DNA of 64,000 nt from Terriglobia bacterium. GTDB taxonomy: Bacteria > Acidobacteriota > Terriglobia > 2-12-FULL-54-10. The notes beneath the pieces are model-generated. The model saw only the letters and a list, made by a program, of their open reading frames with translations, made no database searches and had not been told where the DNA came from. This document shows, piece by piece, positions 1 through 11,098 of the stretch. The stretch lies in the NCBI GenBank assembly GCA_963666975.2, contig CAXVYR010000004.1, forward strand, positions 128,001 to 192,000, in the 5' to 3' direction. Within the stretch, counting starts at the first letter, position 1. Every line of letters begins with the position of its first letter. The translations under genes were made by a program, and so were the position numbers.

Positions 1-1
1 C

Positions 2-148
2 GTGGCCAACGGCCGTCCGGAGGTAAAAAAGCATGCCCGGTACGTCACGACTGCCCGCGGGGGACGCGGCGCGGTTCGGGAAACAGTGGAATTGCTTTTG
101 AAGGCACAGAACAAGTGGCGGACGGTTATAGGAAAGTACGGATTATGA
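2..148 (+). CDS. kdsC: 3' end of KDO-8-phosphate phosphatase (HAD family), partial
   Basis: Frame 2 reads VANGRPEVKKHARYVTTARGGRGAVRETVELLLKAQNKW..*, the typical KdsC/YrbI C-terminus (GGxGAVRE). Confidence 0.8.
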   Translation: MANGRPEVKKHARYVTTARGGRGAVRETVELLLKAQNKWRTVIGKYGL

Positions 149-282
149 AACCGGCCTGACAGGGAAGGATTTCTTCTGGATTGCCAGCGAAGGGGAAACC
201 TGCTAATCTTATTCCCATCGGTGGGTCGGGTAATTCCAGTCCCTCTTATCCCAACAATTCAAATGAGCATGATCGCCAAGCT

Positions 283-1533
283 ATGACCATTTCCGAGCTG
301 AAAGATAAAAGTATCATCGAGTTGACGCGCATCGCGCGAACTCTGGAACTGCCCGGCGCCTCCAGCATGAGGAAGGCCGACCTGATCTTCAAAATTTTGC
401 AAGCACAGGCCGAAAAAGAAGGGCTGATTTTTGCCGAAGGCGTCCTGGAAATTCTCCCCGAGGGCTTCGGCTTCCTTCGCTCACCCGACTACAACTATTT
501 GCCCGGGCCGGACGACATCTACGTCTCCCCCTCGCAGAGCCGCCGCTTTGACCTCCGCACCGGCGACACCGTCTCCGGGCAGGTCCGGCCTCCCAAAGAA
601 GGGGAAAATTATTTCGCCCTGGTCAAAGTGCAAGCGGTGAATTTCGAGTCGCCGGAGGAGTCGCGGAACAAGATATTCTTCGACAACCTGACGCCTCTGT
701 ATCCGCAGGACCGGCTCCGGCTGGAGACCGACAAGGGGAGCCTCTCCGGGCGGGTGATGGACCTGATGACGCCGATCGGAAAAGGCCAGCGGGGCCTGAT
801 CGTCTCTCCGCCGCGAACCGGCAAGACCATGCTGCTGCAGTCCATCGCCAACTCCGTCACCACCAACCATCCCGAGGTCACCCTGATCGTGCTGCTGATT
901 GACGAGCGCCCGGAGGAAGTAACCGACATGCAACGGTCGGTGCAGGGCGAGGTGATCAGCTCGACGTTTGACGAGCCGGCGGCACGTCACGTGCAAGTGG
1001 CCGAGATGGTGATGGAAAAAGCCAAGCGGCTGGTGGAGCACCGCCGGGACGTGGTGATTCTGCTGGACTCGATCACGCGGCTGGCAAGGGGCTATAACAC
1101 GATTGTGCCGCCGTCGGGCAAGATTTTGAGCGGCGGCGTGGATTCAAACGCCTTGCAGCGGCCCAAGCGCTTCTTCGGGGCGGCGCGGAACATCGAAGAA
1201 GGCGGCAGCCTGACGATCGTCGCCACGGCGCTGATTGACACCGGCAGCCGCATGGACGACGTGATCTTCGAGGAGTTCAAGGGGACGGGCAACTGCGAGA
1301 TCATCCTGGAGAGGAAGCTGGTGGACAAGCGGGTGTTTCCGGCGATCGACATCAACCGATCGGGGACGCGCAAGGAGGAGTTGCTGCTGCCCAAGGATGA
1401 ACTGAACCGTGTGTGGGTGCTGCGGAAGTTGCTGCACCAACTGTCGCCGACCGAGTCGATGGAACTGCTGCTGGACAAGCTCTCCAAAACCAAGGCCAAC
1501 TCCGACTTCCTCGCCTCCATGAGCGCCGGGTAA
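283..1533 (+). CDS. rho: Transcription termination factor Rho
   Basis: GFGFLRS and [12 protein letters not shown]-binding motifs; [19 protein letters not shown] Walker A; EEFKGTGN. Start taken at MTISELK. Confidence 0.98.
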   Translation: MTISELKDKSIIELTRIARTLELPGASSMRKADLIFKILQAQAEKEGLIFAEGVLEILPEGFGFLRSPDYNYLPGPDDIYVSPSQSRRFDLRTGDTVSGQVRPPKEGENYFALVKVQAVNFESPEESRNKIFFDNLTPLYPQDRLRLETDKGSLSGRVMDLMTPIGKGQRGLIVSPPRTGKTMLLQSIANSVTTNHPEVTLIVLLIDERPEEVTDMQRSVQGEVISSTFDEPAARHVQVAEMVMEKAKRLVEHRRDVVILLDSITRLARGYNTIVPPSGKILSGGVDSNALQRPKRFFGAARNIEEGGSLTIVATALIDTGSRMDDVIFEEFKGTGNCEIILERKLVDKRVFPAIDINRSGTRKEELLLPKDELNRVWVLRKLLHQLSPTESMELLLDKLSKTKANSDFLASMSAG

Positions 1534-1570
1534 ACCAACTTCCTCACAATTGACGCAAGCGTCAACCGCT

Positions 1571-2596
1571 TCAGCCAGCAAAATCCAGAATCACCTTCCC
1601 GAACTGCTGGCCGCTTTCCAGATATTCATGCGCCTTGGCGACCTCTGTAAAAGGAAAGACCCGGTCCACCACGCCCTTCATTTTGCCCGCCTCGACTAAC
1701 TGCAATATCCGGAACATGTCGCCGCGAGTTCCCATGGTGGAACCCAGGATCGACTGCTGGCGGATGAAGAGAAACCGCAGGTCGAACGTCACCTCAAAAC
1801 CGGTGCTCGAGCCGCAGACGACCAGCTTGCCGCCTTTGGCGAGACTGCGCATGCTGGCTTGCCATGTGGCGGAACCGGCGTGGTCCACTACAATTTCAGC
1901 TCCCTTTCCCTGTGTGATTTTTTTCACTTCCTTCGCCACATCCTGCTTGTAATGGTCCAGCACAAACTCGGCCCCCAGCGCCTTCGCTTTTTCGAGCTTC
2001 GCGGTTCCGGCTGTCGCAATCACGCGCGCGCCGTGCGCGCGGGCAATCTGCACGGCTGCGCTTCCCACGCCGCTCGATGCGGCCACCACCAGCACCGTGT
2101 CGGTTGGCTTCACGGCGCACTTATTGACGAGCATCTCCCAGGCCGTCATATAAACCAACGGGATCGCAGCGCCCTCCTCGAAATTGATATTCGAGGGCAT
2201 TCGGATCGCCTTCGCTTCATCCAGGACCACGAACTGGGTCTGCACACCTTCGAAGTGCTCACCCACAATGCCGTACTTCGGGCAATAGTTTTCCCTGCCC
2301 CCCAGGCAGGCATGGCACGACCCGCACCCATAGCCCGGCTGAGCCAGCACGCGATCGCCCACCGCAAATTGGGTTACCTCGCTCCCTATCTCTTTCACCA
2401 CGCCGGAGCCGTCGGCGCCGAGCGTCAGCGGCAGGTGCAAGCCAGGCAACCCTTTGCGGATCCATACATCCAGACGGTTCAAAGCAGCCGCTTTGACCTC
2501 CATCAGGATTTGCCGGGGGCCGGGCTTCGGCTGCTCGACATCATCAATGCGCAGTTGTTCCACTCCGCCATGAGCGTGAATGCGAATACTTTTCAT
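1571..2596 (-). CDS. Zinc-binding dehydrogenase / NADPH:quinone reductase (MDR family)
   Basis: CGSCHAC..GRENYC structural Zn site; AASSGVG nucleotide-binding motif; C-terminal QFGKVIL. Confidence 0.9.
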   Translation of the reverse strand: MKSIRIHAHGGVEQLRIDDVEQPKPGPRQILMEVKAAALNRLDVWIRKGLPGLHLPLTLGADGSGVVKEIGSEVTQFAVGDRVLAQPGYGCGSCHACLGGRENYCPKYGIVGEHFEGVQTQFVVLDEAKAIRMPSNINFEEGAAIPLVYMTAWEMLVNKCAVKPTDTVLVVAASSGVGSAAVQIARAHGARVIATAGTAKLEKAKALGAEFVLDHYKQDVAKEVKKITQGKGAEIVVDHAGSATWQASMRSLAKGGKLVVCGSSTGFEVTFDLRFLFIRQQSILGSTMGTRGDMFRILQLVEAGKMKGVVDRVFPFTEVAKAHEYLESGQQFGKVILDFAG

Positions 2597-2678
2597 AAAA
2601 CTCCTTTAGCAAAAAGTGCGGTTGTAGCCACGATTGTGACCACAATTGTAACCACAGGTATACCGAAGAGAAATGATA

Positions 2679-4520
2679 TTACGGCGGGGAGGCGGTTTCC
2701 ATACTGACTGGAGGCAGCAGCCCCGCCCCATAGGTCGCCACTCCGGGAATCGTGACCGGCAGCCTGCCGGTCAGGCGTGTCTCTCCGAACAGCGCCCGGA
2801 CGGCGGAGCGCTCCGCCAGAGGAAACGCGTCGAAGGTCAGCAGCAAAGCCGGGGGGCGAAACGAAAGCTCGGCCAGAAAATAGGGGCTGCCGAGCGCGAC
2901 TAAGACGAGTTGTTGCTGGATGAGCCGCTGCCGGATAAGCCGATGATCGGCCCCGGCCAGTTTCTGAAGCAATTGGCTATAAACAGGCTCTAAAGCTACT
3001 GTCCCCTTGGAGGCTGCGGCATCGATGAAGACGGCGCAAACAAGCGCGTCGGCCTCGCCGGCAAGCTGGATTGCGCGCGATTCCATTGCCCCGGCAAAAT
3101 AAGGTTCCAGGCGAAGGCTCGTTGCCGAAGGAAGGCGCCGGGAAAATTCCTTCAAGAAAGTTTTTCCCTGATCGGAATTTCCCGTCTCGGCCAGGACCAG
3201 AACAAAAACTTTTTTCGTTTTCAAAGGGACCAGGTCTGCCGTCTCCTCCAGCAAAACCAGGGAGCGGGCCGATAACTCCTCCGCCAACGACAAACGCTCC
3301 GGGCGAGCCAAGGCTGCGGGCAACTGCTCCAGGTCCGCCAATTTTTCGACATGCAAACCTAAACGCGCCTTCGCTTCCAGAATGCGTTTGACGGACCGGT
3401 CAATCCGGCTCTCGTCAATACGGCCGCTCTCGATCGCGGCCACTATTGCACGAATGGCAGCTTCCGGGTCTGGGGGCAACAGGAGCACATCCGCGCCCGC
3501 CTCCACAGCACGGAGAACCACCTCGGCGGAAGAAAACTCCGCCGTCAGAGCCTGCATCTCCAGGGCATCGGTTACGATCAGGCCGTCGAAGTTCAACTGC
3601 TCTCGCAACACATCCGTCAGCACCGCTTTGGAGAGCGTTGCAGGAGGCAAGCTCTCCGGGCCTGCTGCGGCATCAGCTTCAAGCGATGGAACGACGACAT
3701 GGGCGGTCATTACGGCGTCCACGCCGGCCTCGATAGCAGCGCGGAAAGGCGGCAGATTTTCCTGCTCCAGGGTGCTTCGGCCGGAACGAACTATGGGCAG
3801 GCTGATGTGCGAATCCCGGTCGGTGCTGCCGTGGCCGGGGAAATGTTTGGCTGTGGCCAGGACGTTGGCTGCGTGCGCGCCCTGGACGAACCGGCTGACG
3901 TAACGGGATACAACTTCCGGCCTCTCTCCGAATGCGCGGACGTTGATGATCGGATTTCTCGGGTTACTGTTGACGTCGGCCACGGGCGCCAGAACCCAGT
4001 TCACTCCTGCCGCCCTGGCCTCTTCTCCTGTAGCTCGGGCCGTCTGAAAGGCGCTCTCGGGGTCCCCCGAGCCGCCCAGCGCCATCGGCGAGGGGAAACG
4101 GGTGGCTTCGGCAAGCCGCATGCCCGCTCCGCGCTCCATGTCCGCCGCCACCAGCAAAGGAATGTCTGCCGCCGATTGCATCCGATTCAGGAAGGCGGCG
4201 GTATTGGCAGCGCCAGCGGGCTGAACTGCCGTCCCATCCATGCGATTGCCCAGCACAAACCCGCCGACTTTCCAGCCGGTGACCATCTGTTCATAGTGGC
4301 GGAATTGTCCGCTGTCCCAATTCAAAAAGTCACCGTACGTGCGCACCACGATCATCTGCCCCACCTTTTCCGCGCGCGACAGCCGCGCCAAGGTGGCAGC
4401 AACCCACTTCTGCTGTTCCGGTTGAGCGCCAGGGCCGGACGGTCCTCCGCCGCAGGCCGCAGCGACCCCGAGAAGAAGCACAAACAGCCATTCACCACGA
4501 TGATGTTCGCTCCCGAACAC
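2679..4520 (-). CDS. GH3 beta-N-acetylhexosaminidase (NagZ-like, probable lipoprotein)
   Basis: KHFPGHG..DSH, AADMERG and VTDALEM motifs; lipobox-like AAAC at the N-terminus. Confidence 0.9.
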   Translation of the reverse strand: MFGSEHHRGEWLFVLLLGVAAACGGGPSGPGAQPEQQKWVAATLARLSRAEKVGQMIVVRTYGDFLNWDSGQFRHYEQMVTGWKVGGFVLGNRMDGTAVQPAGAANTAAFLNRMQSAADIPLLVAADMERGAGMRLAEATRFPSPMALGGSGDPESAFQTARATGEEARAAGVNWVLAPVADVNSNPRNPIINVRAFGERPEVVSRYVSRFVQGAHAANVLATAKHFPGHGSTDRDSHISLPIVRSGRSTLEQENLPPFRAAIEAGVDAVMTAHVVVPSLEADAAAGPESLPPATLSKAVLTDVLREQLNFDGLIVTDALEMQALTAEFSSAEVVLRAVEAGADVLLLPPDPEAAIRAIVAAIESGRIDESRIDRSVKRILEAKARLGLHVEKLADLEQLPAALARPERLSLAEELSARSLVLLEETADLVPLKTKKVFVLVLAETGNSDQGKTFLKEFSRRLPSATSLRLEPYFAGAMESRAIQLAGEADALVCAVFIDAAASKGTVALEPVYSQLLQKLAGADHRLIRQRLIQQQLVLVALGSPYFLAELSFRPPALLLTFDAFPLAERSAVRALFGETRLTGRLPVTIPGVATYGAGLLPPVSMETASPP

Positions 4521-4566
4521 GCCGCCCTCATCAATAGGAAAGTGGTTAGGAAAAAGGAATGCGCTA

Positions 4567-5010
4567 CTACCGGTGGGCCTGCCGGCGAGCCGGCTTTTCT
4601 TCTTTCTCTTCTGCTGATTTCATTTTGACCGAAGCAGCGGGCTTTTTCATGCTTTTTCGCAGCAGCCGCGTTACGGCGCTGATCAGCTCGGGAACCTCCC
4701 GAGGGCCTTTGTTCAAGACACAATCGGCCTCCGGCACCGCCTGCTCCAGGCCCAGAGTTTCCGCGTAGCCTGACAACAAAACGACCGGCAGTTTCGGATC
4801 GGCTTGCTTGATCTTCCGCAGCACCTGGTCTCCTTTCATCCGCGGCATTCTGTAATCTACGATCACCAAGTCCATCTTCGCTTTGTGGAATTTTTCCAGA
4901 CCTTCCTGTCCGCCGTGAGCCGTGGTGACTTTATGGCCCATCTTTTCCAGCAGCGCGCGCCTCGCTCTGAGACCGGCGGCGTTATCGTCAATGCAGAGAA
5001 TTTTTGACAT
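4567..5010 (-). CDS. Single-domain response regulator (receiver)
   Basis: ILCIDD, DLVIVDYRMP, LLSG and conserved K. Confidence 0.9.
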   Translation of the reverse strand: MSKILCIDDNAAGLRARRALLEKMGHKVTTAHGGQEGLEKFHKAKMDLVIVDYRMPRMKGDQVLRKIKQADPKLPVVLLSGYAETLGLEQAVPEADCVLNKGPREVPELISAVTRLLRKSMKKPAASVKMKSAEEKEEKPARRQAHR

Positions 5011-5125
5011 GAGTCTGATAGTGAAGAGAGGGATGGTAACAAACTTAAAGACAGGCTGTCAATTTCCGTAAAAACCCGGCGGCGATTTCTGATTTTCCAG
5101 CTTGACAAACAGCATAGAGATGGAT

Positions 5126-6733
5126 TCAGTGAACGCGCTTGGCCTGCCCGGCCCAATATTTCTCGCGTAACACTCTCTTCAAAATCTTGCCAGTGCCGCT
5201 TTTCGGCAATTCCGGGAGAAACTCAAAGGAACGGGGAATTTTATATACCGCCAACCGCCCTCGGAGGAAACCGGCTAACTCCTGCTCGGTGGCGGAAGCA
5301 TTTTCTTTCAGCACCACCAACGCTTTGGGCACCTCCCCCCATTTTTCATCCGGAACGGCGATGACGGCGCATTCATAGATGCAGGGGTGAGCCAGCAACG
5401 CCTTTTCGACCTCCAAGGAGGAGATGTTTTCCCCTCCGCTGATGATGATCTCCTTCTTGCGGTCCACAATCAGCAGGTAGCCTTCTTCATCCCAAACCGC
5501 CATATCGCCGGTCAGCAACCAGCCGTCGCGAAAAGCTGTCTGGGTCAGCTCCGGGCGCCGCCAGTATCCCTCCATCACACCGTCGCTGCGAGCTACGATC
5601 TCCCCCACTGTTTGCCCGTCCCGGGGAACCTCACTGCCTTTCTCATCCACGACCCGCAACTCCACGCCAACGACGGCATGGCCGGTCATCGCCTGGCGGC
5701 GCAGCCGTTCCTGGGGGCTCGCTCCTAACAGAGTGTCTTTGACATATGCAATCGTCAGGACCGGCGAGGTCTCCGTCAGCCCATAGCTCGCATAGCACTT
5801 GCAGCCGAGTTTTTGTTCGACTGATTGAATCAAATCCTCTGAAGACGCAGAGCCACCCACATTGAGCCACTCCAGGCTGCTCAAGTCGTAACGGGCCAGT
5901 TCCGGATAATGAACCAGAGCGGCGGCCATGGTGGGAACCATGGAAAAAGTGGTCACCTTTTCCTTCTGGACCAACTCGCAAACCTGTTTGGGATCAAACC
6001 GGCGTACCATCACATGCCTAGCGCCCGCCGCCGTCACCGTATGCGCGTGTCCCCAGCCGTTGGCGTGAAAAAGAGGGATCGTGTGCAACTCCACCCCGGT
6101 ATCGGGCGTCCGCAACGATGCCAGCACATTCAGCGCGTGCAGGTAGACGGTGCGATGGCTCAGCATGACTCCTTTCGGATCGCCGCTGGTGCCGCTGGTG
6201 TAAAACAGCTCGGCAAGCGAGTTCTCATCCACTCCCATAAAATCATAGGGAGCCGGAGAGGCTTCTGCCAATAACCGGTCATAGTCCCTAGTTTCAATCC
6301 AGCCGGGAGAATGTCCGGGCGCTTGTTCGTCCGCTTCTAGCAGAAAGAACCGTTCCATTCCCGGCAACCGTTGCTTGATCCCCTCGGCCAGGGGAATGAA
6401 GTCCCGGTCCAAAAACAAAAACCGGGCTCCGGAATCTTGCAGGATAAAAGCTATCTCGGGAGGCGCCAGCCGAATATTCAGCGGCAGCAACACTCCCCCG
6501 GCTTGCAAAACTCCATAGTAGGCCTCCAGCAACCGATGGCAGTTATAGCTGAGGAAAGCCACCGGCTCGCCGGACCGCAGACCCTGGCCCCGCAGCGCAC
6601 CCGCCAGCCGCATGCACCGCTCAATAAATTCCGAATAAGTGAAGCTCCGTTTCCCGCAAACGACACCTACTTTATTTCCATAGACTCTCCGGGCCCGGTC
6701 CAAAACTCGCAGCGGTGTTAAGGGCAATATCAT
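5126..6733 (-). CDS. Long-chain fatty acid--CoA ligase (AMP-binding)
   Basis: YTSGTSGDPKG, YGLTET, GWLLTGD, IISGGENI, PKSGTGK. Start at MILPLTPL. Confidence 0.93.
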   Translation of the reverse strand: MILPLTPLRVLDRARRVYGNKVGVVCGKRSFTYSEFIERCMRLAGALRGQGLRSGEPVAFLSYNCHRLLEAYYGVLQAGGVLLPLNIRLAPPEIAFILQDSGARFLFLDRDFIPLAEGIKQRLPGMERFFLLEADEQAPGHSPGWIETRDYDRLLAEASPAPYDFMGVDENSLAELFYTSGTSGDPKGVMLSHRTVYLHALNVLASLRTPDTGVELHTIPLFHANGWGHAHTVTAAGARHVMVRRFDPKQVCELVQKEKVTTFSMVPTMAAALVHYPELARYDLSSLEWLNVGGSASSEDLIQSVEQKLGCKCYASYGLTETSPVLTIAYVKDTLLGASPQERLRRQAMTGHAVVGVELRVVDEKGSEVPRDGQTVGEIVARSDGVMEGYWRRPELTQTAFRDGWLLTGDMAVWDEEGYLLIVDRKKEIIISGGENISSLEVEKALLAHPCIYECAVIAVPDEKWGEVPKALVVLKENASATEQELAGFLRGRLAVYKIPRSFEFLPELPKSGTGKILKRVLREKYWAGQAKRVH

Positions 6734-6987
6734 GTTCCCCTGTTTTCCTCCCAGCGCGCGCTCACGTCCCCCGTACGATCCATTCGGGGAATATATCCGG
6801 GAAGAGAAATGTTCCCCGGAAACAACAAGACGAAAACACAGCCTCATTATAACGCGCCTCATTGTAACGAAGGTTACAGCCGGGTTCAATCAAGGGTGTT
6901 GTGTAGTTCCGGAAGATTCAGCGGCAAGAGAAAACAAATGCTGGAACAATCCTGAACAGCAAGCGGAAGGGGCGTGGTCCGGCAGCT

Positions 6988-7239
6988 TTAAGAAACCTCC
7001 GGAAAACTCGGCAGAATTTGTTGCGGCATCCGGCTGTGATTTCGAATCTGGCCCTGATAGGGACGCGCCATCTCTCCCAGGCAATCACTGCACAACCAGA
7101 CCCCGACCGTATTCCCCAGAATGTATTTCCGGCATTCCGAGACCCGCTGGCACCTCCAGCAGATTTCCAACGAGCCGACAACTCGGCGGACATTTTCCCT
7201 CATCTGAATCCATTCCTTGGGCGCCATGACGTCTTTCAT
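6988..7239 (-). CDS. Small Cys-rich hypothetical protein (CxxC..C..CxxC)
   Basis: CWRC..SEC..WLCSDC pattern; GAGG about 3-6 nt upstream of ATG. Confidence 0.5.
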   Translation of the reverse strand: MKDVMAPKEWIQMRENVRRVVGSLEICWRCQRVSECRKYILGNTVGVWLCSDCLGEMARPYQGQIRNHSRMPQQILPSFPEVS

Positions 7240-7551
7240 AAGACCTCGTGAATTAATGGGGGAGTGCTCAGAGAAGAAAACTTCGGAGCCCGTATCGGCT
7301 CCCGTCTTCCCGTTCCCGGAACTGCAGGAACAACTGTAGAGTATCGGACCCTTTCAGATGCGACAATGGCTCTATGGTCACGATTTTTATGGGACCGGAC
7401 GCCTAGGCCGAACTACCCAGGCAAGAGAACGAACCCGGCGCACGAGAAAAAACCGCTATCGTGATGTTTCACTCGACAACGGAACGAAGGTCAAGGTTAA
7501 GGTCTAAGGTCTAAGGTCAAGCTGGAATTCCAAGTTCGGTGAGCGGATTCG

Positions 7552-7755
7552 CTATTTAGAGAGTTGCTTTTTACGCAGCCATTCCAGGTGCGCCCGGGTA
7601 AACCAGGCCGAGTGCAAGATGGTGGCAGCAAGCCCTGTGCAAACCTGGCAATATCCGGTATCGGAAGCAGGATAGCGCCGTGCCGACTCCTCCGACAATG
7701 GTGCACCGCAGTTCTCGCAAGTTCGCTGTCGTCCTAAGGAATCAAATCTCTCCAT
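7552..7755 (-). CDS. Small C4 zinc-finger protein, DksA/TraR-finger-like
   Basis: CENCGAPL...RRYPA..YCQVC resembles the DksA/TraR C4 finger spacing. Confidence 0.5.
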   Translation of the reverse strand: MERFDSLGRQRTCENCGAPLSEESARRYPASDTGYCQVCTGLAATILHSAWFTRAHLEWLRKKQLSK

Positions 7756-7995
7756 CTTGAATTTCGCCCCTTCTACTCCCCCACAAAATCAGGAAATGAA
7801 AAACAAACTGTATTCCCTTTAGCAGCTAGAAAGCCAACCTGGCGAAACCGTATTTGCAAGATATTAAAGCACTTTCCAAACAGCCCCAAATTCCCTAATC
7901 CCCAAAAACTGAACAAAAGGGAAAATCAATTCCCTTCTGCGGGTCATAACAGGTAAAATTTATTCGCTCGGATTTGAAAACCGGAGGCATTTCCC

Positions 7996-9063
7996 ATGCG
8001 CAAGATTAACCGACTGGCAGCAGCCTTCGCAATTTTGTGGCTCTTGTATTTTGCCGCGATAACTGAGAAGCGGGTGTTGTCCGCTCCAGCCGAACTGGAC
8101 CATCCGCAGGAAACCCACCTTCGCAACCTCCGGCAGCTTACCTTCGGGGGCGAAAACGCAGAGGCCTATTTTTCCGCCGACGACCGCCTCCTGATCTTCC
8201 AGGCCCACCAAGGCGAGGGGAACTGCGACCAGATATACATTATGGATCGCGAGGGTGGCAATCCGCAGATGGTGAGCACAGGCACAGGGCGCACCACGTG
8301 CGCATATTTTTTCCCTGACGGGCAGCGGATTCTCTATGCCTCGACCCACAGGGGCAGCGCAGCCTGCCCTCCCCCGCCGGATTACTCGCGCGGTTACGTC
8401 TGGCCATTGGAAAAAAACTATGACCTCTTCACGGCAAAGCCGGACGGCAGCGACCTGCAACGGCTGACGGCGACGCCGGGCTACGATGCCGAAGCCACCA
8501 TCTCGCGCGACGGCAACAAGATCGTATTCACCTCCGTGCGCGACGGTGATCTGGAGCTTTACAGCATGGACGCCGACGGCGAAAACGTAAAACGGCTGAC
8601 CCACGAAACCGGTTATGACGGAGGAGCATTCTATTCGGCGGACGGCTCCCGGATTGTCTATCGCGCGCACCACCCCACCGACCCGCAGGAAATAGAGGAT
8701 TACCGGGCACTGTTACGGGAAGGGTTGATCCGTCCCAATGAACTGGAACTGTTCGTGATGGACGCAGACGGCGGCGACAAGCGGCAGATCACCCGCAACG
8801 GCGCCGCCAACTTCGGGCCTTTTTTTCATCCCGACGGAAAACGAATCATCTTCAGCAGCAACCTGGCCGATCCTCGCGGGCGCAACTTCGACCTCTACCT
8901 CATCAACGCGGACGGTTCGGGGCTGGAGCGGATCACTTACGACGACAACTTCGACGGCTTCCCCATGTTCACCTCCGACGGCAAGCAATTGGTTTTCGCC
9001 TCCAACCGCAACGCCCAACAGCAGGGCGACACGAACATCTTTATAGCCGATTGGACCGACTGA
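7996..9063 (+). CDS. Secreted TolB-like / PD40 beta-propeller protein
   Basis: Signal peptide; repeated FSxDG/FFPDG/FHPDG PD40 repeats. Confidence 0.9.
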   Translation: MRKINRLAAAFAILWLLYFAAITEKRVLSAPAELDHPQETHLRNLRQLTFGGENAEAYFSADDRLLIFQAHQGEGNCDQIYIMDREGGNPQMVSTGTGRTTCAYFFPDGQRILYASTHRGSAACPPPPDYSRGYVWPLEKNYDLFTAKPDGSDLQRLTATPGYDAEATISRDGNKIVFTSVRDGDLELYSMDADGENVKRLTHETGYDGGAFYSADGSRIVYRAHHPTDPQEIEDYRALLREGLIRPNELELFVMDADGGDKRQITRNGAANFGPFFHPDGKRIIFSSNLADPRGRNFDLYLINADGSGLERITYDDNFDGFPMFTSDGKQLVFASNRNAQQQGDTNIFIADWTD

Positions 9064-9308
9064 AGCTGCCGGAGACCCCGCGGGCAGAGGGCTCCCCTGC
9101 GGCCTCCGAGTGAACCCTCATCGCAAACCCACATAGCAAACCATGACCCGCCCGGACTCGATCCATTCCCAAACCCATTGGCAGCCCTGCCGGCTCTCCT
9201 GTACACACTGAGGCATGCGCAGGCGCAGTTTTCCTCCTATGACCCGGAAGGGCAAGGTGCTATCCTTGAATTGGAAGATACTGTTAGCAATTAGGAAGTA
9301 ATTTCGTA

Positions 9309-10574
9309 ATGGAAGACCGGCTCCGAATCGCCGTTTTTATCGATTTTGACAACATCGAGATCGGCGTAAAAAACACTCTGGGAAGAGACTTCGAGGTCTC
9401 TCCCGTTTTAGAGGCCTTGAAAGAACGGGGCGACGTTCTGACGAAAATCGCCTACGCCGACTGGACCCGGCAGGGCACGCTCAGCCGCAGCATGACCCAG
9501 CACGCCGTTCAGATGGTGCAAAGACACCCCGGTCCCCGTGGCGACAAGAACGGCGCCGACATCAATCTGGCGCTCGATGCCCTGGAGATGGCGCTGACCA
9601 AACCGCACATCGACGCCTTCGCCATTGTCTCGGGCGACAGCGACTTCATTTCCCTGGTGGAAAAGCTGAAGCAATACAACAAGACCGTCTTCATCGTGGG
9701 AGGGCGGGCCTTTACCAGCACCATTCTGCAAAAGAATTGCCGGGAGTTTATCAGCTATGAAAGCCTGCTCTCGTCCGGCTCCTCCGGACGCGGACGCGGT
9801 TCTCAGCGAGCTTCCAAAGTATCTCCCGCCTTGCCTCTCTCAAACGTCGCCCCTCTGGTTACCAGGGCACTGGAAGTGCTCGCCCGGCGGGAGGTGCAGC
9901 CGCAGCTCGGGCTGCTGAAAAGCACCATGCTCCAGCTCGACTCCTCCTTTACGGAAAGGGACTACGGCACCTCTTCGTTTCGCCAGTTCGTAGAGATGCT
10001 CAACAAAGAGCGCATGGTCGAGGCCAAGAGGGTCGGCGGACAGTACCTGGTGGAGCTTCCGCAGCAAGAGCAGGCAGCCGAGGAGGCTTCGCAGGAGCTG
10101 CTCAAGCGCGAGGACGCGCTCCCGACGCTTTACAAAGCTCTGAAGGTGATTGATGAAAACGACCTTTGGGGAAAGCTCGGTTTCGGGGATGTGCGGCATT
10201 ATGTGGCGCGCCTGGAGCCTGACTTTGAGGAATCCCGCTACGGCTTCGGCCAATTTGCCGAGTTGCTAAACTATGCTCAAGACGTGGGCTTGATCCGGCT
10301 CGAACCGGACGCCCAATCCGTCTTGCGGGTCTCTCCCGGCGCGCAGTTCACTCCCACCGGGGACTCGATCCCGGCGGCTATCGAATTACCCGCCCTCTCA
10401 GCAGACCCCGCTTCAGGAGAAACGATGGAAGCTTCTTCGGAAGCGTCCGCAGATTCTCCCGCCGAGCCAGCCGCAGCGGCCCCGCCAAAACGGAAAAGGC
10501 CTTACCGCAGGCGGAGCCGAAACCCTGCCGCCAGAACGCGACAGCCGCGCAAGCCTCCATCTGCGGAATCGTAA
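9309..10574 (+). CDS. NYN domain protein with OST-HTH/LOTUS domains
   Basis: IAVFIDFDN, KNGADINL, SGDSDF; two DSSFTERDYG/PDFEESRYG LOTUS motifs. Confidence 0.9.
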   Translation: MEDRLRIAVFIDFDNIEIGVKNTLGRDFEVSPVLEALKERGDVLTKIAYADWTRQGTLSRSMTQHAVQMVQRHPGPRGDKNGADINLALDALEMALTKPHIDAFAIVSGDSDFISLVEKLKQYNKTVFIVGGRAFTSTILQKNCREFISYESLLSSGSSGRGRGSQRASKVSPALPLSNVAPLVTRALEVLARREVQPQLGLLKSTMLQLDSSFTERDYGTSSFRQFVEMLNKERMVEAKRVGGQYLVELPQQEQAAEEASQELLKREDALPTLYKALKVIDENDLWGKLGFGDVRHYVARLEPDFEESRYGFGQFAELLNYAQDVGLIRLEPDAQSVLRVSPGAQFTPTGDSIPAAIELPALSADPASGETMEASSEASADSPAEPAAAAPPKRKRPYRRRSRNPAARTRQPRKPPSAES

Positions 10575-10652
10575 TTTTCCGACCAAGACGGTGTCTAAGG
10601 GTTTTCGTTTAAGAGGTTGCTGGAAAACTGCTGTATGGGTCCGCTTGCTAAT

Positions 10653-10714
10653 CCCTCGGCTTCGCTCCCTTCGGCTATGCTCCCTTCGACTTCGCTCAGG
10701 GCAGGCAGGGCAGG
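10653..10714 (+). repeat. Short dispersed repeat CCTTCGACTTCGCTCAGGGCAGG, apparently nested in itself
   Basis: Three CCyTCGrCTwyGCTC heads and two CAGGGCAGG tails; a related reverse copy lies at 28735-28760. Confidence 0.6.
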
Positions 10715-11098
10715 CGGGACAGGCGCGCGAGGCTCGGTAAGTGCAGACAAATCAGCACGCCGATTCCGATGCCGGCAGCAAGGAATACCTCCTGGAGGCC
10801 GACATGGGGCGGTGGCGACCCGGCAATGACCCACATCACTATGCCCTCCCCAAATCGTTCCCAAAATCCAGGAGCACAGGTAAGGCAATACGGTTGTAGA
10901 ATCTATTCCGGGCCTCATCTATAATTAAGTTTTGTAATTGAGTTTTGCTATTGAGTTTCACCATCAGACCCGGAAGAGGGAGAAACCCTCAAACCTTCCC
11001 GGCGGGAGCCGATCACTATTGAAACCAGCCAGCCCCCAAACCAGATGGGGCGGCCTGAATAGAAAGCCTGAATAGAAAGAATGAGGTGGAGGTTGAAG

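Noticed and set aside
7487-7521. AAGGTC(T) microsatellite-like run
   Set aside because: Short, imperfect and with no supporting context.
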